The notes: generated by a model from the sequence alone, not told the origin. Shown: positions 38,493 through 52,580, counted from the stretch's first letter. The stretch is 64,000 nucleotides of DNA from Nemertoderma westbladi (GCA_032718475.1 JAUCBJ010001861.1:124001-188000), one strand, 5' to 3'. Translations and numbers: made by a program.

Positions 38493-38969
38493 GACAAACT
38501 CTAATTCTAGAACAAAAACGTACATATGCCCTGTGAAGACAAGTGAAGATTAATTATGACATATAATAAATAACCACAAAAAACGAGTCTACATGCTACC
38601 TATAGTCCAGTTAATCTTGTGAAAAAGAGGGTGTAACTCAAAACAGATTCACAAATCATCCGAAACAATTGTTTTTATTCTACATTATCTTGCTAATATC
38701 ACCAAAAAAGTCTATAAAAATTAATTATTTGGAACACTTTCAATTCCATGCTTCTTTCCTTAGCATCAAGGATTTTGCATAGCATCAAATGGTCTATTGG
38801 TGGGATTTTCCCCAAATTAGGTACAGATCATCTTTAGACCAATGACTATAGAGTGACTGAACTACGCACTTCTACATAGTTACTAATTCCTAATTCAGTT
38901 TCCAGAGCAACGGAATATTTTATCTAATCATTTAGACATTTTTAATTCCAATTTTGCTTGTACAATATA

Positions 38970-41805
38970 TGTAGCAACCATCAATTCGTTGTTCAAGTGA
39001 TTTAGTCAGTGTCCAGGTCTCACCCCCGTATAAAAATACACTTTCCACTGTGGCTCGAAAGAACTTAGTCTTCAGGTGCCTGGAGAGATCTGATTTCCAG
39101 ATGGTATCCATTTTTGATAGAGCTACCCAAGCCTTTGATTTCCTAACTTCTATGTCCTTTTTGCTACTCTCTATCCATGATCCAAGGTACTGGAAGTCGT
39201 CAACCTTCCTTAGTTGATTATTGTCAATGGTTGTCAAGTTTCCATCAACATTAAAGGTCATGAATTCGGTCTTGGTAGCATTTATATGCAATCCAACCTC
39301 CTTAGCAGCCCTCTCCACTTTATTTAGTAGAAGCTGTGCATCTGCTAGGGTATTAGAGAGCAGGGCGATGTCATCCGCAAAGTCGGTGTCTGTGACTGTA
39401 GTTGCCGGATATCTACTACTTCTGCGTTCTTGAAGTGTGAATCCCAGGGCTTCACCCTTTGTGGCTGTCCTCATTGCGTAATCCAGCACAATTACAAATA
39501 GTAGTGGTGCTAATGTGTCACCTTGCAGTACCCCAGCCAGGATTGAGAAAAACTCAGTTTCACCATCTGGTGAGAGTACCTGCGCTTCTGTGTCACAATA
39601 TAACAATCCAATGCCAGCAACAATTACTTCTGGTATTCCATAAGCTCTTAGGATTTCAAGCATTTTTTCTCTATGGATGGAGTCGAATGCCTTCTTGAAG
39701 TCCACGAGAGTCATGACTGCGGGGAGATTCTTTGACTTAATTCCTTCAATCAGTCTCCGTAGTGCAAGTATCTGAGCTATTGTTGATCTACTTGGTCGAA
39801 ATCCGTTTTGGCTCTTACGCAGTAGTTTCTCTATGTGAGGCCTAATCCTATATAGAATCATTTTATTGTATATTTTGGCAGCTACCACAAGCAGACATAT
39901 CCCACGATAGTTTGTTGGTATACCGCGGTCTCCTTTCTTGGGGAGAGGCTTTAGTTGACCTTTAGTCCAAATTGGGGTGGCTTTTCCCCTTTTAACATCC
40001 GGTTGCAAACATTCAATAATGGTCTGTTTAGCACTCCTGTTTTCCATACCTCCGCAGGGATTTCATCTAATCCACTCGCTTTATTATTGGACATGCTTTT
40101 AATGCTTCTTTGCAGTTCGGCAGGTGTGAAGTCCCCTGTTTCTATAGGTAGTGTCTTGTCATATATTTCCCTTGTAGGGCTGACCTCGATGTTTAGTGGC
40201 TGCCCAAGCAAGTTGCTGAAGTGATTTTTCCACTTCCCAACACGTTCTTCAGAGCTATCGGCTTTGAGGCGCCCCTTTGCACAACTTTTCCGACCAGATA
40301 CCTCATTTACAGTTTGCCAGGTAAGTCTTGATTGTTGCTGTATGTGAGCAGTTGTAATTGCTTCAATTTTATCCTGTATGTACTTTTCATTGCTGATGTT
40401 GTAGGCCAATTTAAGATCGTCCTTAGCTTTCTCAACCCTGTTAATGTTTTCTGTTGTTGGTTGTTCGGTTTTAACTTTGTAGGCTATCTTAAGATCTTCT
40501 CTCTTACAAGTAACCTCAGAGTTTTGCCATGGCACATACTGTTTTCGTTTGGGTTTCTAGGGGATATGCCTCTTAGCTGATTCCTTGTGGGCTGTTATTA
40601 TATTCTGGTATATTGAATCGGTGGACTGGTCTTCATCCATTGACTGAAGTGCTTCAAAGCGATTTTGAACTTCTACTGTGTAAGCATCCTTTACTGCATT
40701 GTCAGTTCTGAGTTTCTCCCAGTCATAGTTGAATTGCTTGCTTGTCCTGGGTTTGCTGGCTCTCAAACTGAGTCTGATCTCTGCAGTCACAATTCTGTGG
40801 TCCGAACCAATTAGGTTGAACGAGCTGTATGCCTCGCAGTTGATCATGCTGTTTCTCCACTTTTAGTTTATAAGGATGTAATCCAGTTGTGCTTTGGTTC
40901 CATTAGGGTATTGAAAGGTCCATAGCTTCCCCTTACTCTTTTAGAATGTGTTGTTTGTTGGTATCAATTCACATTCTTCCATTAGGTCTAAAGGTAAGTA
41001 CCCATTTCTGTTAGAACTGGTGTTATAGGTGTAACCCTTGATGTCTACTGGGCCTATTTGCGCATTCAGGTCACCAGCAATGACTTTAACATTGTGTTTC
41101 GGAATGTCGTTTATAAGTCCAGTCAGTTCTTCATAAAACTTGACTGCTTGTTCTGGCTCTGAGGCATTGGTTGGACTGTAGCAACATATAACTGTTGTCT
41201 TGGGATTCCCATCAAATGTTGCGATCATAACCCTGGAATTTATAGATTCGATGTTGTTTAGGGTTTTAAGTGCAACTGGGCTTAGCAGAATTCCTACTCC
41301 GCCAATTGATGCATTGGCCGAGTTTCTTACTGCTGAGCTTGTTACTAACGTCCATCCATTTCCAATGTCATTGTACTTTATGGCAGTGTCTTCATGACAA
41401 ATCCGATGTTCTTGGATGCAGATGATGTCGATGTTATATTCCATTGCCAGAGCAACCATGTCACCCTGTTTGCTATGTGCTTTCGGCGTGTGTGTGTTCA
41501 TTGTAGCAATCTTTAGTGTCGTTTTACATTTCAACAGGTTGGTTCTTCTTTCTTCTCTGTCTTCTGTTCCAGTAGCCAAGTGTTGACCCGGGCGACGACC
41601 GAGCCGGTATTTCTCCTAGAGGTTTCTCATACTCATATCTTTCAGTTGGGAGAGTAAACCGCTTGTGGTCGCAACTCCTACAAGCGTCTTCGCAGTAGGT
41701 CGCCGTTGGTTGATTACCTTCCGCCGACCTTGTCAGCATGTTTAGCCGTTGGTTGATTACCTTCCGCCTATCCATGGCCTACAGCCCTGCTGCCGACTGT
41801 AGGGG
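38970..41805 (-). mobile_element. RTE-group LINE (AP endonuclease + RT), frameshifted, 3' end missing
   Basis: Endonuclease IATMN, DIICIQEHR, GGVG, YSPT, GDLNA, SDHR; RT NYRGI, QNGFR, VDFKKAFDS, GVLQGDTLAP, FADD, FQYLGS. Confidence 0.92.
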
Positions 41806-42377
41806 TCCTTTTATCTTTTGTAACAAATTACAATATGTGTAATACAATTCCGTCGAATAATGAATGGAAGGTTGATTGTTGTGGAGAGTTAATTGACTCA
41901 ATAACAGGTTATTACACTGATATATATACCCCTCCGCTCTAAATTCTACACTTTTCAGAAAAACATCACAAAAATTAGCACATCAAATATACCGACAAAA
42001 CCAGGGTTGCCAGTCACCTAGAATACACAGGGAATTCTTGTAAAAGAAATGGGCAAATCAGGGAAAAGTCAGGGAATTTGATATATAGAAGACATGTGTC
42101 ATAAGCTACGCTACCCCACAGGACTACCCCCCCCCCCCCCCCCCCCCCTTCGTCATATTTCTCACACTCGCGCGAATTCTTTTTCCCCTCTCTGAAACAT
42201 CTCAAATTGAGATACAATACAAAATTCTCCACCTTAAATTAAATTGCAGCTTCAATGACCCTTTTCCACCAAAACTTATAAGACTATCAGCCGAACCGCT
42301 TCTTACCAGTTATACAACCTTTTTAATCTTTCTATTATCCACGGTTTCTTTCCGGATTCCTTCGATGACATAACTGA

Positions 42378-42850
42378 TCCGACAATTACCCCCATTTCCC
42401 TCTATCTATTCTCAGTAAAATTCTTGAACAAATTCTTAACGATAAATTACAAACACACCTCGCCAAGTACAATATTATTTCCTCATCTCAATATTGTCTA
42501 CTTCACATTGTGCCGTATATATTGATCTGAAAAAACCCTTTGACACCGTGGACCACAAGATTCTTACAGAAGCTTGAAGCCTTCGGTGTCAGAGGCCCCC
42601 CATTACATATATTCTCAGACTTTCTTGCTAATCGTAACCAGTTTGTTTCGATCAATAATATCCAACCGACTCTTCTACCCTTACATTGCAGCGTTCCACA
42701 GGGCTCTGTCCTGCCCCCATACTTTATATATAATTTGTATTAATGACCTTCCAATCGTGACTTACTGACCACTGTATTTGCCGATGACGACACAAGATTG
42801 CTAAATTCGCACATCAATATTCAGACCCTTCTCAATGACACCAATCCCCT
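42378..42850 (+). mobile_element. Decayed CR1/L2-group RT fragment
   Basis: Frameshifted remnants PISL..ILSKILE, FDTVDH, LEAFGVRG, SVPQGSVL, INDLP and FADD. Confidence 0.8.
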
Positions 42851-43077
42851 GCAGTCTGTAAGTCTGTGCCACTCGACATTAGAACAGAAAATCAAAATCG
42901 TCGTTCTCGGCATCTTATAAAAATAAATTCTTATTGTCGACTTGATAAAATCTCTGAACCAAAACAAATCACAGAAAAAGGAAAATTTATTGACTTTTCA
43001 CTCAGTACTTTACTCTTTTATCCACAATCCACAATATTCAAATTACCATTTGTATGTTTTTTGTGCAATTTATAGTA

Positions 43078-43945
43078 CACCATAACCCTTAATACAACAA
43101 CCATTTTTAAGGGGTCGGAGCCCCCCCCCCCCCCCCCCCTAATTTTTTTCAAATTTCAATAAAATGCTACGAAATTCGGTATGATGATAGATCCTCACCT
43201 TTTCTTACTGGTGGCCTGGCCGGATTTTTCAATTTTCTCAGTTATTTTCATACAACAATCCCTTAACAAAAGTCTATTTAGCAACTTTATTTTACGTCTT
43301 TGAAATGTAATCTAGATATCATTCGAAGCGCCTTCGTCTGTAGATTCCGAATCTGAAACCCGTTTTAAATTTAACCAAAAATTGGTAAAGATATTATCAA
43401 AATACTAATGTGTAAATTCAGAGACGTAAATCGCTATAATTCTGATGTTTTGTTGTCTTTATTCTAGAATATTAATTATTATTTAAGCTGAGCGTTTAAA
43501 ACTCTCCATCTTGTTTTTTCATTACCGATAATTAATATTCTAGAATTGAGTAAAAAAAACATTAGAATTATAGCGATTAACGTCACAAAAATTTAAACCT
43601 TGGTATTTTGATAATATCTTCGGAAGTTCTTGGCGAAATTTTCAACGGGTTTCAGATTCAGAATCTGCAGATGAAGGCGGTTCTAATGATATCTAGATTT
43701 CATTCCAAAGACGAAAAATAAAGCTGACGGAGGTGGCTAATTATTGCGAAATAGACGATTTTTAACGGATTGTTGTATCGAAATAGCTCATCAATTAAAA
43801 AATCCGACCAGGCCACAAGTAAGAAAAGGTGTCGATCTATCATCATACCAAATTTCGTAGCATTTTATTGAAATTTGAAAAAAATTAGGGGGGGGGGGGG
43901 GGCTCCGACCCCCTAAAAATGGTTGTTGTATTAAGGGTTATGGTG
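43078..43945. mobile_element. Foldback MITE, Tc1/mariner-like (TA TSD)
   Basis: TA|CACCATAACCCTTAATACAACAACC ... GGTTGTTGTATTAAGGGTTATGGTG|TA; arms of about 400 bp. Confidence 0.88.
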
Positions 43946-44232
43946 TATATCAGCGGCAGAAAGAATGAATACCCTTGAAACCTCACTTTAGTAGTGATGA
44001 CTATGTATATTCTAGAAATCCCATCTAATTGCACCGAATTTTTAAATAACTAAAAAGTTTTTGTCCTATTCTAGATAGCGAGTGCTTCCTATACCTACAT
44101 ACATATGGGACAGTAATAATTCCAAATTATCTAATGTTGCTGCTTTCTGATATCGCCGCGTCAGCAAAGACAAACAAATTAAGTGGTTGTTACAAGTGCA
44201 TAAATGTTACCAAATCAACAGATTTTGGCAGT

Positions 44233-44664
44233 TCAATCGATTCCGAAACTAAGATCTCTGACACTACCCTCCAATGTGAAGAGTTCGTAGTCTTTGACGG
44301 GGAAGTGAGTGTTACCCATGAGAATAATTGGGCTTTGTTGCTGAGCGCTGTATGAATGAGGGAAGATACTCGTACTTCGGCTGTTTGTGTTGCAATTGTT
44401 GGCGATCGCCAGATCGGGTCCGGCACCGAATACCGGCCCGTAGCCGGAGTGGTGTATGGTCGCGAAATTCTTCATCTGGATGGGGAACTTCATCGGTGGC
44501 GTTCCCTCCCCGTTGTTCAGCGTGAAGAGGTAGGACTGGTTGGAGGCGCGATGTTGCTGAGTGCGTCGGCTAATCTTGGTGGACCAGGCGACGTCAGTGA
44601 ATCCGCCGCAAACGTTCCCATTGTTACCGAGGACTATAGTAATAGTCGGCATGTACCCGTCAGC
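44233..44664 (-). CDS. BTB-BACK-TLDc gene, last exon (C-terminal part of TLDc)
   Basis: ttaaag acceptor, then ADGYMPTITIV...CGGFT..W...SYLFTL...YGPVFGAG.DL...VKDYELF; joins in frame to FHSK. Confidence 0.9.
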   Translation of the reverse strand, partial: ADGYMPTITIVLGNNGNVCGGFTDVAWSTKISRRTQQHRASNQSYLFTLNNGEGTPPMKFPIQMKNFATIHHSGYGPVFGAGPDLAIANNCNTNSRSTSIFPHSYSAQQQSPIILMGNTHFPVKDYELFTLEGSVRDLSFGID

Positions 44665-44751
44665 CTTTAATATAAGTTAATATTAGCATTTTAATATTCA
44701 TTAATATTATTAAGAATTGGATTGGCATCAAAATTAGTTGTCAAATACACC

Positions 44752-47700
44752 ATGTTTAGTTGAAACTCTCACACAGTTGAATGTTTGTTTAGTTGAAACT
44801 CTCACACAGTTGAATGTTGAACATAACTATGTCAGGCTCAGTATGTACCAAATACACTATGTTTAGTTGAAACTCTCACACAGTTGAATGTTTGTTTAGT
44901 TGAAACTCTCACACAGTTGAATGTTTGTTTAGTTGAAACTCTCACACAGTTGAATGTTTGTTTAGTTGAAACTCTCACACAGTTGAATGTTTGTTTAGTT
45001 GAAACTCTCACACAGTTGAATGTTTGTTTAGTTGAAACTCTCACACAGTTGAATGTTTGTTTAGTTGAAACTCTCACACAGTTGAATGTTGAACATAACT
45101 ATGTCAGGCTCAGTATGTACCAAATACACTATGTTTAGTTGAAACTCTCACACAGTTGAATGTTTGTTTAGTTGAAACTCTCACACAGTTGAATGTTGAA
45201 CATAACTATGTCAGGCTCAGTATGTACCAAATACACTATGTTTAGTTGAAACTCTCACACAGTTGAATGTTGAACATAACTATGTCAGGCTCAGTATGTA
45301 CCAAATACACTATGTTTAGTTGAAACTCTCACACAGTTGAATGTTGAACATAACTATGTCAGGCTCAGTATGTACCAAATACACTATGTTTAGTTGAAAC
45401 TCTCACACAGTTGAATGTTTGTTTAGTTGAAAGTCTCACACAGTTGAATGTTGAACATAACTATGTCAGGCTCAGTATGTACCAAATACACCATGTTTAG
45501 TTGAAACTCTCACACAGTTGAATGTTTGTTTAGTTGAAACTCTCACACAGTTGAATGTTGAACATAACTATGTCAGGCTCAGTATGTACCAAATACACTA
45601 TGTTTAGTTGAAACTCTCACACAGTTGAATGTTGAACATAACTATGTCAGGCTCAGTATGTACCAAATACACTATGTTTAGTTGAAACTCTCACACAGTT
45701 GAATGTTGAACATAACTATGTCAGGCTCAGTATGTACCAAATACACTATGTTTAGTTGAAACTCTCACACAGTTGAATGTATGTTTAGTTGAAACTCTCA
45801 CACAGTTGAATGTTTGTTTAGTTGAAACTCTCACACAGTTGAATGTTTGTTTAGTTGAAACTCTCACACAGTTGAATGTTGAACATAACTATGTCAGGCT
45901 CAGTATGTACCAAATACACTATGTTTAGTTGAAACTCTCACACAGTTGAATGTTTGTTTAGTTGAAACTCTCACACAGTTGAATGTTTGTTTAGTTGAAA
46001 CTCTCACACCGTTGAATGTTGAACATAACTATGTCAGGCTCAGTATGTACCAAATACACTATGTTTAGTTGAAACTCTCACACAGTTGAATGTATGTTTA
46101 GTTGAAACTCTCACACAGTTGAATGTTTGTTTAGTTGAAACTCTCACACAGTTGAATGTTTGTTTAGTTGAAAGTCTCACACAGTTGAATGTTGAACATA
46201 ACTATGTCAGGCTCAGTATGTACCAAATACACTATGTTTAGTTGAAACTCTCACACAGTTGAATGTTGAACATAACTATGTCAGGCTCAGTATGTACCAA
46301 ATACACTATGTTTAGTTGAAACTCTCACACAGTTGAATGTTTGTTTAGTTGAAACTCTCACACAGTTGAATGTTTGTTTTGTTGAAAGTCTCACACAGTT
46401 GAATGTTGAACATAACTATGTCAGGCTCAGTATGTACCAAATACACTATGTTTAGTTGAAACTCTCACACAGTTGAATGTTTGTTTAGTTGAAACTCTCA
46501 CACAGTTGAATGTTTGTTTAGTTGAAACTCTCACACAGTTGAATGTTGAACATAACTATGTCAGGCTCAGTATGTACCAAATACACTATGTTTAGTTGAA
46601 ACTCTCACACAGTTGAATGTTTGTTTAGTTGAAACTCTCACACAGTTGAATGTTTGTTTAGTTGAAACTCTCACACAGTTGAATGTTTGTTTAGTTGAAA
46701 CTCTCACACAGTTGAATGTTGAACATAACTATGTCAGGCTCAGTATGTACCAAATACACTATGTTTAGTTGAAACTCTCACACAGTTGAATGTTTGTTTA
46801 GTTGAAAGTCTCACACAGTTGAATGTTTGTTTAGTTGAAACTCTCACACAGTTGAATGTTTGTTTAGTTGAAACTCTCACACAGTTGAATGTTTGTTTAG
46901 TTGAAAGTCTCACACAGTTGAATGTTGAACATAACTATGTCAGGCTCAGTATGTACCAAATACACTATGTTTAGTTGAAACTCTCACACAGTTGAATGTT
47001 GAACATAACTATGTCAGGCTCAGTATGTACCAAATACACTATGTTTAGTTGAAACTCTCACACAGTTGAATGTATGTTTAGTTGAAACTCTCACACAGTT
47101 GAATGTTTGTTTAGTTGAAACTCTCACACAGTTGAATGTTTGTTTAGTTGAAACTCTCACACAGTTGAATGTTGAACATAACTATGTCAGGCTCAGTATG
47201 TACCAAATACACTATGTTTAGTTGAAACTCTCACACAGTTGAATGTTTGTTTAGTTGAAACTCTCACACAGTTGAATGTTGAACATAACTATGTCAGGCT
47301 CAGTATGTACCAAATACATTATGTTTAGTTGAAACTCTCACACAGTTGAATGTTTGTTTAGTTGAAACTCTCACACAGTTGAATGTTTGTTTAGTTGAAA
47401 GTCTCACACAGTTGAATGTTGAACATAACTATGTCAGGCTCAGTATGTACCAAATACACTATGTTTAGTTGAAACTCTCACACAGTTGAATGTTGAACAT
47501 AACTATGTCAGGCTCAGTATGTACCAAATACACTATGTTTAGTTGAAACTCTCACACAGTTGAATGTTTGTTTAGTTGAAACTCTCACACAGTTGAATGT
47601 TTGTTTTGTTGAAAGTCTCACACAGTTGAATGTTGAACATAACTATGTCAGGCTCAGTATGTACCAAATACACTATGTTTAGTTGAAACTCTCACACAGT

Positions 47701-50700
47701 TGAATGTTGAACATAACTATGTCAGGCTCAGTATGTACCAAATACACTATGTTTAGTTGAAACTCTCACACAGTTGAATGTTTGTTTAGTTGAAACTCTC
47801 ACACAGTTGAATGTTTGTTTAGTTGAAACTCTCACACAGTTGAATGTTGAACATAACTATGTCAGGCTCAGTATGTACCAAATACACTATGTTTAGTTGA
47901 AACTCTCACACAGTTGAATGTTTGTTTAGTTGAAACTCTCACACAGTTGAATGTTTGTTTAGTTGAAACTCTCACACAGTTGAATGTTTGTTTAGTTGAA
48001 ACTCTCACACAGTTGAATGTTGAACATAACTATGTCAGGCTCAGTATGTACCAAATACACTATGTTTAGTTGAAACTCTCACACAGTTGAATGTTTGTTT
48101 AGTTGAAAGTCTCACACAGTTGAATGTTTGTTTAGTTGAAACTCTCACACAGTTGAATGTTTGTTTAGTTGAAACTCTCACACAGTTGAATGTTTGTTTA
48201 GTTGAAAGTCTCACACAGTTGAATGTTGAACATAACTATGTCAGGCTCAGTATGTACCAAATACACTATGTTTAGTTGAAACTCTCACACAGTTGAATGT
48301 TGAACATAACTATGTCAGGCTCAGTATGTACCAAATACACTATGTTTAGTTGAAACTCTCACACAGTTGAATGTATGTTTAGTTGAAACTCTCACACAGT
48401 TGAATGTTTGTTTAGTTGAAACTCTCACACAGTTGAATGTTTGTTTAGTTGAAACTCTCACACAGTTGAATGTTGAACATAACTATGTCAGGCTCAGTAT
48501 GTACCAAATACACTATGTTTAGTTGAAACTCTCACACAGTTGAATGTTTGTTTAGTTGAAACTCTCACACAGTTGAATGTTGAACATAACTATGTCAGGC
48601 TCAGTATGTACCAAATACACTATGTTTAGTTGAAACTCTCACACAGTTGAATGTTTGTTTAGTTGAAACTCTCACACAGTTGAATGTTTGTTTAGTTGAA
48701 AGTCTCACACAGTTGAATGTTGAACATAACTATGTCAGGCTCAGTATGTACCAAATACACTATGTTTAGTTGAAACTCTCACACAGTTGAATGTTGAACA
48801 TAACTATGTCAGGCTCAGTATGTACCAAATACACTATGTTTAGTTGAAACTCTCACACAGTTGAATGTTTGTTTAGTTGAAACTCTCACACAGTTGAATG
48901 TTTGTTTTGTTGAAAGTCTCACACAGTTGAATGTTGAACATAACTATGTCAGGCTCAGTATGTACCAAATACACTATGTTTAGTTGAAACTCTCACACAG
49001 TTGAATGTTTGTTTAGTTGAAACTCTCACACAGTTGAATGTTTGTTTAGTTGAAACTCTCACACAGTTGAATGTTTGTTTAGTTGAAACTCTCACACAGT
49101 TGAATGTTGAACATAACTATGTCAGGCTCAGTATGTACCAAATACACTATGTTTAGTTGAAACTCTCACACAGTTGAATGTTTGTTTAGTTGAAACTCTC
49201 ACACAGTTGAATGTTTGTTTAGTTGAAACTCTCACACAGTTGAATGTTTGTTTAGTTGAAACTCTCACACAGTTGAATGTTGAACATAACTATGTCAGGC
49301 TCAGTATGTACCAAATACACTATGTTTAGTTGAAACTCTCACACAGTTGAATGTTTGTTTAGTTGAAAGTCTCACACAGTTGAATGTTTGTTTAGTTGAA
49401 ACTCTCACACAGTTGAATGTTTGTTTAGTTGAAACTCTCACACAGTTGAATGTTTGTTTAGTTGAAAGTCTCACACAGTTGAATGTTGAACACAACTATG
49501 TCAGGCTCAGTATGTACCAAATACACTATGTTTAGTTGAAACTCTCACACAGTTGAATGTTTGTTTAGTTGAAACTCTCACACAGTTGAATGTTTGTTTA
49601 GTTGAAACTCTCACACAGTTGAATGTTGAACATAACTATGTCAGGCTCAGTATGTACCAAATACACTATGTTTAGTTGAAACTCTCACACAGTTGAATGT
49701 TTGTTTAGTTGAAACTCTCACACAGTTGAATGTTTGTTTAGTTGAAACTCTCACACAGTTGAATGTTTGTTTAGTTGAAACTCTCACACAGTTGAATGTT
49801 TGTTTAGTTGAAACTCTCACACAGTTGAATGTTTGTTTAGTTGAAACTCTCACACAGTTGAATGTTTGTTTAGTTGAAACTCTCACACAGTTGAATGTTG
49901 AACATAACTATGTCAGGCTCAGTATGTACCAAATACACTATGTTTAGTTGAAACTCTCACACAGTTGAATGTTTGTTTAGTTGAAACTCTCACACAGTTG
50001 AATGTTGAACATAACTATGTCAGGCTCAGTATGTACCAAATACACTATGTTTAGTTGAAACTCTCACACAGTTGAATGTTTGTTTAGTTGAAACTCTCAC
50101 ACAGTTGAATGTTTGTTTAGTTGAAACTCTCACACAGTTGAATGTTTGTTTAGTTGAAACTCTCACACAGTTGAATGTTTGTTTAGTTGAAACTCTCACA
50201 CCGTTGAATGTTGAACATAACTATGTCAGGCTCAGTATGTACCAAATACACTATGTTTAGTTGAAACTCTCACACAGTTGAATGTTGAACATAACTATGT
50301 CAGGCTCAGTATGTACCAAATACACTATGTTTAGTTGAAACTCTCACACAGTTGAATGTTGAACATAACTATGTCAGGCTCAGTATGTACCAAATACACT
50401 ATGTTTAGTTGAAACTCTCACACAGTTGAATGTTTGTTTAGTTGAAACTCTCACACAGTTGAATGTTTGTTTTGTTGAAAGTCTCACACAGTTGAATGTT
50501 GAACATAACTATGTCAGGCTCAGTATGTACCAAATACACTATGTTTAGTTGAAACTCTCACACAGTTGAATGTTGAACATAACTATGTCAGGCTCAGTAT
50601 GTACCAAATACACTATGTTTAGTTGAAACTCTCACACAGTTGAATGTTGAACATAACTATGTCAGGCTCAGTATGTACCAAATACACCATGTTTAGTTGA

Positions 50701-51462
50701 AACTCTCACACAGTTGAATGTTTGTTTAGTTGAAACTCTCACACAGTTGAATGTTGAACATAACTATGTCAGGCTCAGTATGTACCAAATACACTATGTT
50801 TAGTTGAAACTCTCACACAGTTGAATGTTGAACAACTACGTCAGGCTCAGTATGTACCAAATTCACTATGTTTAGTTGAAACTCTCACACAGTTGAATGT
50901 TTGTTTAGTTGAAACTCTCACACAGTTGAATGTTTGTTTAGTTGAAACTCTCACACAGTTGAATGTTTGTTTAGTTGAAACTCTCACACAGTTGAATGTT
51001 TGTTTAGTTGAAACTCTCACACAGTTGAATGTTTGTTTTGTTGAAAGTCTCACACAGTTGAATGTTGAACATAACTATGTCAGGCTCAGTATGTACCAAA
51101 TACACTATGTTTAGTTGAAACTCTCACACAGTTGAATGTTGAACATAACTATGTCAGGCTCAGTATGTACCAAATACACTATGTTTAGTTGAAACTCTCA
51201 CACAGTTGAATGTTGAACATAACTATGTCAGGCTCAGTATGTACCAAATACACCATGTTTAGTTGAAACTCTCACACAGTTGAATGTTTGTTTAGTTGAA
51301 ACTCTCACACAGTTGAATGTTTGTTTTGTTGAAAGTCTCACACAGTTGAATGTTGAACATAACTATGTCAGGCTCAGTATGTACCAAATACACTATGTTT
51401 AGTTGAAACTCTCACACAGTTGAATGTTGAACAACTACGTCAGGCTCAGTATGTACCAAATT
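44752..51462. repeat. Intronic compound satellite A(1-7)B; A is 33 bp, B is 41 bp
   Basis: A = TGTTTAGTTGAAACTCTCACACAGTTGAATGTT; B = GAACATAACTATGTCAGGCTCAGTATGTACCAAATACACTA. Confidence 0.99.
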
Positions 51463-51469
51463 CACTTAC

Positions 51470-51538
51470 GCGATCTGCTCTTTCATTCCCACCGAGATTC
51501 ACACTCACAATTAACCTGCTAAGAGCTGAATAATAGAC
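51470..51538 (-). CDS. Candidate 69-nt in-frame cassette exon of the BTB-BACK-TLDc gene
   Basis: ttttcag|...|gtaagt, phase 0-0, stop-free: VYYSALSRLIVSVNLGGNERADR. Confidence 0.45.
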
Positions 51539-52580
51539 CTGAAAATGTAGCTAATATTATTAATAGACAAGCTGGATTTCATCTGGCCTCATGTAATGTT
51601 TTAGAATTAGAATAAATTATTAAACTAAAATTTGCTTGTTTCTAATTAAGTTACTAATGTCCTTGTTTTCGTTACGATTTTAACATGCTAATTATATTGT
51701 GGAATTTAAAGTTGTCAATTTGAAACTTTTTATGCATCAATAGGACCAAATTACAAACTATCAGACACCATCGAGAACAACAGACTCACACTAGACTTAA
51801 CGTCCCGTCATTTCTTGTTCCTATTCCGTTTAAGCTAAAAATCAGCAGGAATATACTATAACCATTAACTAGATATTTTTTGGAAGCACATTCGTCTGCA
51901 GTTCTCCAGTCTGCCGCTAGAGGGTGATATGAAAGTGAAAACCTTAAATGTCTTAGTTTATAATACGTTCAAGCTGAAACTAGCCAGATATGGAATGGAC
52001 TACAGCGCTGCGCCTTTGTGTGAACGGTGATCCATCACATTTTGCTTATTATTGCTATTGGCAAACTGTGTTTTTCGAGGTGTTTGTAATTTTACATGGA
52101 TTATATAGGGAACTGTTCTAGGGGTCTTAACCTCGAATTATAAGTGGATTTTCACAAAAATAACTTATCTTTTATTGGCGCAATTGTAGGACTAATCCCA
52201 TCACATGCGTAATTTTTATTGAAATTAATACCTCATATATCTCCAAACCATGTACGCGTTTAGACCTTACTGGGTCTGTTCAGCGTGGTGTCGGATTCGA
52301 ACCTCGGAACTCGAATTGGAAGCCGTGACAATTTGGCTTATAGACCTAATTCATTAAAGTTAACAATTAACATAAATTTATCACACGTGTGCTACGCATA
52401 GGTCCCAATTCGTGTATTTGATATACTTATATCTCTGTATATAGCTATCAGTAGTGGGTCTATTTGGAAATTTAATTAATTAATTATTAATAAATTATAA
52501 TTTTTGGGAAGTTTCGGGAAATTAGATGGATGGACATTAGTAACTTAGCAAGAAGTTAGCAAGGCCAATATTTAATGTAC

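Noticed and set aside
41610-41665. Hammerhead ribozyme (CTGAAAGA...GAAAC on the minus strand)
   Set aside because: Core spacing is wrong and stem I cannot form.
44838-51114. ORFs such as (NVCLVETLTQL)n and (RVSTKQTFNCV)n
   Set aside because: Artefacts of the 33-bp unit being a multiple of three.
44752-51462. CRISPR-like look (repeats containing GTT...TTGAAAC with intervening segments)
   Set aside because: The intervening segments are identical rather than unique spacers, there are no cas genes, and the context is a eukaryotic intron.
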